In this document: positions 9,830 to 18,412 of the stretch, piece after piece
Layout: every line of letters starts with the position of its first letter
How positions within the stretch are numbered: position 1 is the stretch's first letter
Source of the DNA: an uncultured delta proteobacterium
GTDB taxonomy: Bacteria > Desulfobacterota > Binatia > Binatales > Binataceae
Length of the DNA: 64,000 nucleotides
Direction: 5' to 3'
NCBI GenBank assembly: GCA_963765675.1
Contig: CAVXXK010000007.1
Span: forward strand, 1 to 64,000
Made by a program: the position numbers and the translations under genes
Notes under the pieces: generated by a model
Seen by the model: only the letters and a program-made list of their open reading frames with translations
Told to the model about the DNA's origin: nothing
The model's database searches: none

Positions 9830-9980
9830 CGGCGTCCAATCGTCGAAATGGACGAGCGCCCTTGGTACAAGCCTGATCTCAACAGTCAGTGGTTCTTCGT
9901 GCCAGGAATAATCGCGAGCTTGACGCTGATGACGATAGTGAACCCTACGTCCCTCGCCATCGTCAGGAAACGCGAGATTG
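9830..9980 (+). pseudogene. Internal fragment of an ABC-2 permease (YbhR/YbhS-like)
   Basis: RPWYKPDLNSQWFFVPGIIASLTLM...LAIVRKREI resembles WYNP.L....FVPG...IVRERE.GT. Confidence 0.7.
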
Positions 9981-10007
9981 CACAGACACGAGGCAAGAAC
10001 CGCGATC

Positions 10008-10102
10008 GTGAAAATCCACGCCTTTCCGGATAGCACTCGCCTCGCACGCCGCGTCGCGAAAATTGCGCGGGTGGCCTACGTGCCGATTGCGGTTCATCGC
10101 TT
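10008..10102 (+). pseudogene. N-terminal fragment of a ribose-phosphate diphosphokinase-like gene
   Basis: GTG start gives MKIHAFPDSTRLARRVAKIARVAYVPIAVHR, breaking just before the expected FPDGE motif; not in the ORF track. Confidence 0.5.
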
Positions 10103-10104
10103 GT

Positions 10105-10240
10105 TGGCTCAGAAGTGCTGCCTCGGTGCCTGAAGTGGTGTATGTCGTGCATGGTGATCCCGCGGCCGCCGAGGCCCTGCGCATCATGATCGCCAGGGAA
10201 CTTCGATTGAACGCGGTGGTCCCGCGCTATCTCAGAAGAG
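10105..10240 (+). pseudogene. C-terminal fragment of an MBL-fold/beta-CASP ribonuclease
   Basis: WLRSAASVPEVVYVVHGDPAAAEALR...AVVPRY resembles the terminal VHGE motif. Confidence 0.65.
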
Positions 10241-10595
10241 CAGCGTGCCGATACCCGCATTCTGTATTGCTTTGGCAACGAATTGATTGCGCGGCGCGAT
10301 TGAGTCGGGAGATGCGCGGGTAACCTAATTTAGAGAGTCGACGTTCTTAACTTGGCAGCCATGCATCACTGAGGGGCGTAGCGAAAATCACTTGTCTGAA
10401 CCCGGATGGAGCAAACTCGCTGGCTGTGATCTACGCATCGCAGCTCGATTCTATGGCGCGAAGATTGACCGTGCCAATCCGATTGGCTTCGGCGATCCGC
10501 CGCGCTGGAGACTATCTCTCCGACCCCTTTTCGGGCGATTCAGCAGAAAGGTTCGTGAAATGGGTGAATCACGAGCATCCTTCGAGGCCGGGTAG

Positions 10596-10651
10596 CACGG
10601 CTTCGAACCGAGATGGAGCCGCCCGTCGGTTCGAATCCGACAGGCTCCGCA
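10596..10651 (+). other. tRNA-like relic (anticodon arm, long variable region, T arm, 3' acceptor strand)
   Basis: CACGG-CTTCGAA-CCGAG, ATGGAGCCGCCC, GTCGG-TTCGAAT-CCGAC, AGGCTCC-G-CA; no D arm or properly placed 5' acceptor strand. Confidence 0.45.
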
Positions 10652-10814
10652 TGACGGACATCCGTCCGCTCCTCGCTGCGAAGAAGCCGCCAAACTCACC
10701 GGCGCAACTACCGGGCGCGCATTCGTAACCGTCTTTGACAAGCTGATCACCGCGCTCTCGGGCGAGCCGTGGGCGAAGACTTCTGAAATGAAAGAGAAGT
10801 TTGGAATGGCCTGA
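10651..10814 (+). pseudogene. C-terminal remnant resembling an AbiEii-family nucleotidyltransferase toxin
   Basis: TDIRPLLA, frameshift, then EEAAKLTG...AFVTVFDKLITALSGEPWAKTSEMKEKFGMA*; recognised from memory of AbiEii C-termini only. Confidence 0.4.
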
Positions 10815-10968
10815 CCGCAGTCCGTCATCATCAGGCGGGTTTCAGTCGCCAGCCGATTCTGCGATTCTTGTGATGGTAAACTGCGGCGTGCATCAGGTTT
10901 GTGATGGACAGCCTGTGATACAGGCTGCGCGACCCGTAAAATGTTGTGCTCCTACGAGTGAGAGTCCG

Positions 10969-11933
10969 GTGCGCAAGACAGTTGTTCAAAATCTCGTAGC
11001 CTATTCGATAGCGGCAGCAATCGTATGGTACGCAGCTCGCGGTGTCTCCTGGAGTCAAGTAGCCGGTGCCGGAAGTCACGCCACGCTCTGGATTTTCATT
11101 GTTGCCAGCGTGGGCGGCTTTCTATGCTGGTTTATCGGCGAAACAATCTTGTATTCCCGGTTGTTCAGTTATTTTCATGGCCGGACCGGCACGATCGAAC
11201 TGTTTCCAACTATGGCGGCCGTCTATTTCCTGCAGATTGTGAACTCCTATGTCGCAAGCGGCGCGTTCGTACTTTTTCTGCACGCGCGCAAGCGCGTGCC
11301 TTGGATAATGGGCGGATGCACCTTGCTGTTCCAGGGCTACCTCGACGCCATGCTGCTGGCCGCATTGTCGCTTCTGGCGATCGCTCTCGTGCCGACGTCA
11401 CCGATTCGGCAGGGTCTCAACTACGCCACAGCCGTGCTGGGCGCGGTCTGTTTCATCGCTTCGTTTTGGCTGGTTTGGGGAGCCCGGCTCCGGACCGGCA
11501 ATTGGCTCCGATGGATCTACGAACGGCCCTCGATGGCGAGTTTCCGCATGGCTCGGCCATTGCAATACATCGAACTTTTAGCCATCAGGTTCATAATAGT
11601 CGTGGCAGCGGGCTTCGCGCTCTACGGACAGTTCGTCAGCTTTCATATCGGGGTCCCGCTCATGCAGACGTTAGCGCTGACGCCCTTCATTGTGGCGATC
11701 GGGAATTCGCCAATCTCACCGGGAGGAATCGGAACGACTCAGTTGGTCTTCACCCTGGCCTTCGCCCGGTTTGCCAGCAAGGACGATCTGTTCGCGCTGT
11801 CCTCTGGCCGTAACCGCCTTCAGCCTCATTGTCCGTATACCAATGGGACTAGCTATGGGTGCACCGCTGGTAGAAGAAGCGGTCGATGTTGAAAAGCGAA
11901 TTAGTGACCAAGCGCAAGGCCGGACAGCTATGA
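10969..11933 (+). CDS. Lysylphosphatidylglycerol-synthase-TM/flippase-like membrane protein; two apparent frameshifts (~11803, ~11890)
   Basis: Multi-TM ORF with PISPGGIGTTQ; C-terminal helix LAVTAFSLIVRIPMG lies in another frame; the corrected stop overlaps the next ATG (ATGA). Confidence 0.7.
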
Positions 11934-12697
11934 CTTTCACGCGTTGGCAGAAGGGAAGCGTCGCCATGTTTATAGGGCTGGCATTATTGAGCTCGGCTTC
12001 GATGTCTCATGGCGCGGACGATCAAAAGATGCAGGAGACTGTGGAACGGGTAGCTCGTCTCTTTAGCAGCAAGTCGAGCATCGCCACTGTGAAAATGCAG
12101 ATCACCAATGAGGATGGACAACGCGATATTTCGATGAAGATCTGGTCGCGCGGAGAAAAGCTTCTTGTCCGCATCACCAGTCCTCAAGACGAAGCGGGAA
12201 CCGCCATCCTGAAAGAAGGCAGCGACATATGGTACTATCTGCCAAAGTCGAATCGCACGGTTCAAGTTCCACCTTCGATGGCAATGAACTCGTGGATGGG
12301 AAGCGACTTCACTATTGATGACCTGGTGAAGGAAACTTTCCTTACGCGCGATTACTCCATCAGCACCTCTTTCCAGGGAAAGCGCGGCGGGATTGCGGTC
12401 GATGAATATACCTTGACACCGAAGCCGGATGCCGCGGTGGTGTGGGGAAAGATCATTTTGCAGATTCGTAAAGCCGACGCCGTACCTACATGGCAGGGTT
12501 TCTATGACGAGGATGGACAGTTGGTTCGAGAACTTACCTTTTCCGATTATAAGCTAATGAGCGGCAGGCTTATCCCAACGCGCCTCGTAATGCGACCGGC
12601 AGGCAAGGCAGGAGCGCAGACCACGATCGAATACGAAGACGTCGCGTTCGATGTGCCGATCAGCGAAGGAACGTTTTCGCTGCCCAACCTGAAGTGA
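11930..12697 (+). CDS. Outer-membrane lipoprotein-sorting (LolA-like) periplasmic protein
   Basis: Signal peptide; ITSPQDEAGTAILK, WYYLPK, SWMGSDFTIDDL, TFSLPNLK. Confidence 0.85.
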   Translation: MTFTRWQKGSVAMFIGLALLSSASMSHGADDQKMQETVERVARLFSSKSSIATVKMQITNEDGQRDISMKIWSRGEKLLVRITSPQDEAGTAILKEGSDIWYYLPKSNRTVQVPPSMAMNSWMGSDFTIDDLVKETFLTRDYSISTSFQGKRGGIAVDEYTLTPKPDAAVVWGKIILQIRKADAVPTWQGFYDEDGQLVRELTFSDYKLMSGRLIPTRLVMRPAGKAGAQTTIEYEDVAFDVPISEGTFSLPNLK

Positions 12698-13956
12698 TGA
12701 GCTCACGCCTTCTGAAGCTCGCGTGGCGCAACCTGTGGCGCAACCCGCGCCGCACTCTCATCACTATGGCCGCCATCGCATTTGGTTATGTCATGCTGCT
12801 GTTCGTAGCTTGCCTGATGGCCGGCCTGAGATGGCAGATGATCGAGAACGGTACGAGTCTCGTCATGTCTCAGATCCAGGTGCATGCTCCCGCCTACTAC
12901 CCAAGCCGTTCCATTCAGAAGACTTTGGGTGGGGGGCAAGGGACGGATGTCGGCGCTATGATGGCCGTAATTATGGCTGATCACCGGGTTTATGCTGCGG
13001 CGCCCAGGGTGTACGGCTACGGCTTGCTGAGTGCGGGTCATCGCTCTGCTGGTGTGGAGCTAATGGGAGTCGTTCCCGAGCAGGAACCGAAGGTTACTAT
13101 CTTGAATAGCCAGATAGCGAAAGGTAGTTACCTGACTACACAGATGCCAAAGGGAGTAGTGATAGGAGACAAGCTCGCGAGTACGATAGGCATCGACGTG
13201 GGATCGGAAATTGTTCTGCTGACGCAGGCGGCGGACGGTTCTATGGGCAACGACGTGTATACGGTGGTGGGAATCTTTCACAGTGGTCTGGATGCTGTGG
13301 ACCGAAGCTTGGTACTCATGTCTTTGTCTTCCCTGCAGGACCTTCTGCACTTGGCGCCCGCAAGAATCCATGAAGTAGGTATCAAGCTGAATGACATAAC
13401 AGCTGCGAGCACTGTGGCCGCTGCACTCGATCTCGAGCTGGGTAAAACCATTCGAGTACGGGCAATGGCATGGCCTGAGCTGGCGCCGGAATTAGCCAAC
13501 TACGTGCAGTTTAATCATGGGGTCACCGTCGTTCTGTTTTTCATTTTTTTTCTGTTGGCGGTCATCGGTGTCATGAACACCATGCTTATGGCGGTGTTTG
13601 AGCGCACGCGTGAATTCGGCATGCTCATGGCCCTGGGAATGCGCCCGGTTCAGGTGATCGTCCTGATCCTGACAGAAGCGATAGGGTTGGCAGTAGCGAG
13701 CCTGATCGTGGGCGGTGCGCTTGGCGTTCCGGTCCTGTGGTATTTGCAGGAGCACGGTCTGGACTTGGGTGGCGCTACTGGCGGTGTAATCTCTCTGGCG
13801 GGGGTAGTGGTGGGGCACCTCTGGTACGGCCGGCAGGATTTTCGCGCCTATGGGCAAGCGGCAATCGGGTTGGCCGCCACAGCGCTGGTATCGGCGCTCT
13901 ATCCGGCCTGGCGAGCCGCTCATCTTCGGCCGACGGAAGCGATTCGCAAGGTTTGA
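12694..13956 (+). CDS. ABC transporter permease, LolC/E-MacB/FtsX family
   Basis: LAWRNLWRNPRRT, NTMLMAVFERTREFGMLMALGM, YPAWRAAHLRPTEAIR. Confidence 0.92.
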   Translation: MMSSRLLKLAWRNLWRNPRRTLITMAAIAFGYVMLLFVACLMAGLRWQMIENGTSLVMSQIQVHAPAYYPSRSIQKTLGGGQGTDVGAMMAVIMADHRVYAAAPRVYGYGLLSAGHRSAGVELMGVVPEQEPKVTILNSQIAKGSYLTTQMPKGVVIGDKLASTIGIDVGSEIVLLTQAADGSMGNDVYTVVGIFHSGLDAVDRSLVLMSLSSLQDLLHLAPARIHEVGIKLNDITAASTVAAALDLELGKTIRVRAMAWPELAPELANYVQFNHGVTVVLFFIFFLLAVIGVMNTMLMAVFERTREFGMLMALGMRPVQVIVLILTEAIGLAVASLIVGGALGVPVLWYLQEHGLDLGGATGGVISLAGVVVGHLWYGRQDFRAYGQAAIGLAATALVSALYPAWRAAHLRPTEAIRKV

Positions 13957-13958
13957 CG

Positions 13959-15254
13959 GTGAGAAGTATCTTTCTTCTGGCGAAGCTCAGCTGGCGCAAT
14001 CTCTGGCGCAATCCCCGAGGTACAGCGCTCACGGCCCTGGCGCTAGGTTTGGGTCTTGCGTTGCTCCTGATCTCCCTGGGGCTCCTCGATGGCGGGCACG
14101 AGCAGACGATTGCAGCGGGGGTGCGGTTTGGTCCGGGGCATGTAGTGATACAGGCGAAAGGATATCAAGCCTCCGGCTCGGACGAGCTTCTGCTGCCAGC
14201 CCAAGTGGTACTGAAGGCCGAAACGTTTTTGCAATCTCCGAAAATGAAGCCGATAGTGCGCGGAGTTAATCCGAGGCTCCTGGCAACCGGTTTGCTCAGT
14301 TCCTCAGCTAATTCTTCCGGCGTGAGGATCACCGGGGTGATTCCACAAGACGAACCCGCGGTGTCTCTGATACCGGAGCGACTAGTTGAAGGGACGTATC
14401 TGAGTAATGACAAACCTTCTGACGTTGTCATTGGCGCCGATTTGGCCAACAAGCTCGAGGTAAAGATAGGTTCCAGAGTGGTGCTCATGACTCAGGCGTT
14501 TCGACAGCCCGGCAATGAACCCAAGAATGGCGCTGGCGGAGAAGAGATGCAGAGCACCCTTTTGCGCGTGAGAGGCATCTTCCGCACGGGGCTGCAAGCG
14601 GTCGACGCTAATATCATTAATCTGCCCTTGCCAGCGGTTCAGGCTTTGCTTGGCATACCGGATGGTCAAGTAACTCAGGTAGCCATCCTGCTTCAGCAGG
14701 AAGGTGATTCGCCGATGGTAGCAAGAGCTTTGCGGAAGCAGTTGACGGGAGAGCCGGTGGAAGTCCTGACGTGGCGCGAATCGCTCCCGATGCTTGCTCA
14801 GATTTTAGGCCTGGACCATGCGTTCAACTACATCATGAACGGCGTAATCCTGGCGATGGTGGGGCTGGGAATACTCAACACGATTCTTATGCGAGTACTC
14901 GAGCGCCGCTATGAGTTTGGCGTCAGCAAAGCTCTTGGTCTTCGGCCCCGGCAGCTTGCAATGATGGTTGTCGGCGAATCTCTCGCCCTCACCGCTATCA
15001 GCCTGGCGTTGGGGCTGGTCCTTGGCTTGAGCGTCGAGCACTATTTCGCCACTGCCGGATTGGATCTGCGCTGGGTATTCAAGACGGGTCTTCCGCCCGC
15101 TCTTGTTTTCGATCCTATTCTCTACTCGCGCCTGAGCCTGAACCGAATCGTTTGGTCCGTCAGCATTGTATTCATAATGGCTACAATCATTTCGTTTTAT
15201 CCAGCGGTCAAGGCAGCGCGTACACACCTGCCCGATGCTCTAAAGCTGCTTTAG
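13959..15254 (+). CDS. Second ABC transporter permease, LolC/E family
   Basis: LSWRNLWRNPR, NTILMRVLERRYEFG, YPAVKAAR; GTG 2 bp after the previous stop. Confidence 0.92.
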   Translation: MRSIFLLAKLSWRNLWRNPRGTALTALALGLGLALLLISLGLLDGGHEQTIAAGVRFGPGHVVIQAKGYQASGSDELLLPAQVVLKAETFLQSPKMKPIVRGVNPRLLATGLLSSSANSSGVRITGVIPQDEPAVSLIPERLVEGTYLSNDKPSDVVIGADLANKLEVKIGSRVVLMTQAFRQPGNEPKNGAGGEEMQSTLLRVRGIFRTGLQAVDANIINLPLPAVQALLGIPDGQVTQVAILLQQEGDSPMVARALRKQLTGEPVEVLTWRESLPMLAQILGLDHAFNYIMNGVILAMVGLGILNTILMRVLERRYEFGVSKALGLRPRQLAMMVVGESLALTAISLALGLVLGLSVEHYFATAGLDLRWVFKTGLPPALVFDPILYSRLSLNRIVWSVSIVFIMATIISFYPAVKAARTHLPDALKLL

Positions 15255-15265
15255 GAGACGGCTAT

Positions 15266-15994
15266 ATGGCCGAATGGGCAGTTGAACTGAAGGACGTGCG
15301 CCGGATCTATCGCACGGGACCAATCGAAGTCCATGCTTTGCGCGGCGTCTCTCTGCGTATCGCCGCTGGGGAATTCGCGGCTACTGCCGGTCCGTCCGGT
15401 TCAGGCAAAACCACCCTGCTCAACATTATCGGTGGGCTCGATCAGGCGGACAGCGGCGAGACATGGGTGGCCGGGCGGAACCTTCAGCTCTTATCTTCAG
15501 GTCAGCTGGCGCATCTGCGTTTGGAGCGGATCGGCTTTGTGTTCCAAACGTACAACCTGCTGCCTGTTCTGACCGCTTTGGAAAACGCGGAGTTTACCCT
15601 GCTTCTCCAGGGCATGCCGGCGCGCAAGCGAAGGGAAAGAGTCAAAAAACTGTTTTCAGAAATCGGACTCGCCGGTCTTGAAGATCGTCGCCCAGCGGAG
15701 TTGTCCGGAGGTCAGCAACAACGAGTCGCCGTTGCTCGCGCGATGGTTACCGAACCCGCGCTCATTCTCGCGGATGAACCCACGGCGAATCTGGACTCCG
15801 CATCTGCTATCGCTCTCCTGGATGTGATGGAACATCTTAATCGTACCACGGGTACAACTTTCCTCTTTTCCACTCATGATCCGCAGGTCATGGATCGGGC
15901 GCATCGTTTGATCCGGTTGCGCGATGGTCAGATAGCAAACGATGAGACGCGTGGTTTAGGTAGCGGTGGGGACGAACTCTCCGGCGTCCGGTAA
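15266..15994 (+). CDS. ABC transporter ATP-binding protein, LolD-like
   Basis: GPSGSGKT, LSGGQQQRVAVARA, ILADEPTANLD, STHD. Confidence 0.95.
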   Translation: MAEWAVELKDVRRIYRTGPIEVHALRGVSLRIAAGEFAATAGPSGSGKTTLLNIIGGLDQADSGETWVAGRNLQLLSSGQLAHLRLERIGFVFQTYNLLPVLTALENAEFTLLLQGMPARKRRERVKKLFSEIGLAGLEDRRPAELSGGQQQRVAVARAMVTEPALILADEPTANLDSASAIALLDVMEHLNRTTGTTFLFSTHDPQVMDRAHRLIRLRDGQIANDETRGLGSGGDELSGVR

Positions 15995-16963
15995 GATTCG
16001 CATCGCTCTCCACAAACGAACTGACCATCGATTCACCAGATCCAGCTCCTGGCACAGGCTATATAGCTTGGTCGAGGCTTCGTGCATGCGCGCGCGGTGA
16101 ATCATACTCTTGCGGTACGCGGCGATCACGACTTCGCGCGGGATGTTATATTCGCGTGCTATCCGTGGCGACGCCTCCATCATCATCTTGCCCATGAAAC
16201 CAAGGATTAGCGGCACGCAAAGTCCGAGCCGTGCCTTGCGGGTTCTACTCAGCTCCGGAACGCGGTTGCGCAGGGCGTGACGCGCGAAACTCATATGCCG
16301 CGCCTCTTCGGTGACGTGAATCTGCATGATTCGTCGAAACAGAGGATGAATGTCCTCCCGCTTCTTACGTAAACTCTGGCGCTGCACATAATCGATCGGA
16401 TCTTCGCCAGCCAGCACGAAGACGAAGAACAGTTCCGGGAACTTGCGCGCGTACTTGACCACGAAATCCGCATACCTGCGTTCGATCCCACTTAGTCCAG
16501 GAAGTTTGAAGCCGGTCCGGTTGATGAACTCCTGGAACATCAGCGAGTGCTGCGCCTCTTCTATGGTCTCGTGGTAGCAGTAGCGGAACTCGGGCGATCC
16601 GCTGGGCAGCCGGCTCGCGAAATCGAGCAGGCCGCGCTTAAGCACGTACTCGAAGGCGACACCGATCTTCATAAAGTTGGCCAACATGCGAAGACCGATT
16701 CGCGACCGGATTCCTGCCGGCTGCGCGCGGTACCATTCGGTCGCGCCGAGCACGTCGTCGGGTTCGAGTTCCCATCTCGAGTCGTCGTGATCGATGCGGA
16801 ACGCAGGATTGTCCCAATCAATGTCTGCGTACGCATCGAAATGTTTTACCACCGATTGGTGGCTGAGCCTGCGAATCAGATCAAAGTAGGCGTCGGGGTG
16901 GATCGCTTTCCCAACCCGCTCCTCTTCGGGAACAACAAACTCTTCGGACATCGCATTCTCCAA
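15956..16963 (-). CDS. AurF-family non-heme diiron oxygenase
   Basis: Ferritin-like ligands FE..L, HETIEEAQH, GEDPID, IHVTEEARH. Confidence 0.85.
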   Translation of the reverse strand: MENAMSEEFVVPEEERVGKAIHPDAYFDLIRRLSHQSVVKHFDAYADIDWDNPAFRIDHDDSRWELEPDDVLGATEWYRAQPAGIRSRIGLRMLANFMKIGVAFEYVLKRGLLDFASRLPSGSPEFRYCYHETIEEAQHSLMFQEFINRTGFKLPGLSGIERRYADFVVKYARKFPELFFVFVLAGEDPIDYVQRQSLRKKREDIHPLFRRIMQIHVTEEARHMSFARHALRNRVPELSRTRKARLGLCVPLILGFMGKMMMEASPRIAREYNIPREVVIAAYRKSMIHRARMHEASTKLYSLCQELDLVNRWSVRLWRAMRILPDAGEFVPTAT

Positions 16964-17397
16964 AACTTCGTATCGGAGGTTGTAAATTCATCGCTAATTC
17001 ACAGGCAGCCTGATTCCAGATACCCGGCGCGAATACCGCGCGTAACCGGCAAAATCTTCCTCGGGCAGAGTATCGAGATGGAAGCAAACGCTTGGGGCGA
17101 GGTAGTGTGATGCTATGCCCTTAGAGCCAGCGACGCAAAGAGACTGGTCGACGAACCGAAGCGCGATCATCGCTTTATCTCAGAGTGTGGCCTTGTCAAA
17201 ACGATAGACTCTGGCCGCGACCCTCAACCGCAAGAGCGGACGCGCAGCCCAAGTCCAAAGTCAGGTCCTGTAACGAGTACTCGTCCAGAGAGGCTTGCCA
17301 AACGTGCACGTCGTAACCTTCCGACACTATCGTCGCCGGTGGAAACCCCTAGGGTGTAGGAATTGAGGCCACGGGTACCGCCTTCCTATGGGCGGTC

Positions 17398-18159
17398 TCA
17401 CTGGGTTCGTCGTAGTTCATCCGAGAGCGCACTGAGTAGAAAAGGCTGTTTCAAGAAGAGATGGTCTCCGGGAAACATCCGCAGCGAGAAAGAAACATTG
17501 GTCTGAGCACGCCAGGCATCAAGATCACTGTTGTTCACCCTGTGATCCTGCAAGCCGCCGAACGCGGATATTGGACAGTTCAAGGGCGGCTCAATTGAGT
17601 ACGCATAGGTTTCGTACAGGGCAAAGTCGGCCCGCAAAAGAGGAAGCATGACCTCCATTAGTTCTTGGTGGTCCAAGAGTTCTCTCGGCGTACCGTTCAG
17701 CCGGCGCAGTTCCGCTAGGAATTCTTTGTCTGGCAGGGTGTGAATTGACCGGTCTCGAAAAGGAATTTGAGGCGCACGGCCGGCAGATACAAATAGGCGA
17801 ACAGGATGCAGGCCATATTGCGTGCGAATCCGGCGAGCGAGTTCGAAGCTGACCAATGTTCCCAGGCTGTGGCCGAAAAATGCAAAGGGTTTGTCCAAGA
17901 GCGGAGCCAGGTCTTGGGCAAGAGCTTCGATAAGAGGGGGGAGTCGAGTGAAAGGACGCTCCACCAGCCGTGCCCCCCGTCCCGGGAGCTGAATCGGGCA
18001 GACGTCGACATCCGCTGGCAAGCAGTCGGACCAGGTGCGAAAAATCAACGCACCGGCTCCGGCGTACGGAAAACAAAACAGGCGAAGACGGCTCGTTCGA
18101 CCCGGCTTGCGGAATGAAATCCACGAGTCAAAAGCAGCGGCGCTGGTCGAAAGTGTCAT
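17398..18159 (-). CDS. Type II thioesterase
   Basis: LFCFPYAGAG, QLPGRG, GHSLG, PGDHLF. Confidence 0.93.
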   Translation of the reverse strand: MTLSTSAAAFDSWISFRKPGRTSRLRLFCFPYAGAGALIFRTWSDCLPADVDVCPIQLPGRGARLVERPFTRLPPLIEALAQDLAPLLDKPFAFFGHSLGTLVSFELARRIRTQYGLHPVRLFVSAGRAPQIPFRDRSIHTLPDKEFLAELRRLNGTPRELLDHQELMEVMLPLLRADFALYETYAYSIEPPLNCPISAFGGLQDHRVNNSDLDAWRAQTNVSFSLRMFPGDHLFLKQPFLLSALSDELRRTQ

Positions 18160-18193
18160 TCAGAATCCGTTCGTGCAAGATAGAAAATGCAAA

Positions 18194-18412
18194 TTAACTC
18201 TTGGAGGAATCCATTGTTCTTCTAAGACTGAGTGGTCTCATGTCGGTCCACACTTCCTTGATATAAACAAGGCAGTCGGTCTTTGAACCGGTTTTGCCTG
18301 TATCCGCCCAACCAGGAGGGTTTCTCTTTTCGGAGGGCCAGACCGAATACTGCTCTTCGTGATTTACAACCACTTTGTAAATTGTGGTATCTTCGCTGTC
18401 ATCACTATTCAT
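18194..18412 (-). CDS. mbtH: MbtH-like protein
   Basis: [13 protein letters not shown]...PPGW...WTDMRPLSL. Confidence 0.96.
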   Translation of the reverse strand: MNSDDSEDTTIYKVVVNHEEQYSVWPSEKRNPPGWADTGKTGSKTDCLVYIKEVWTDMRPLSLRRTMDSSKS

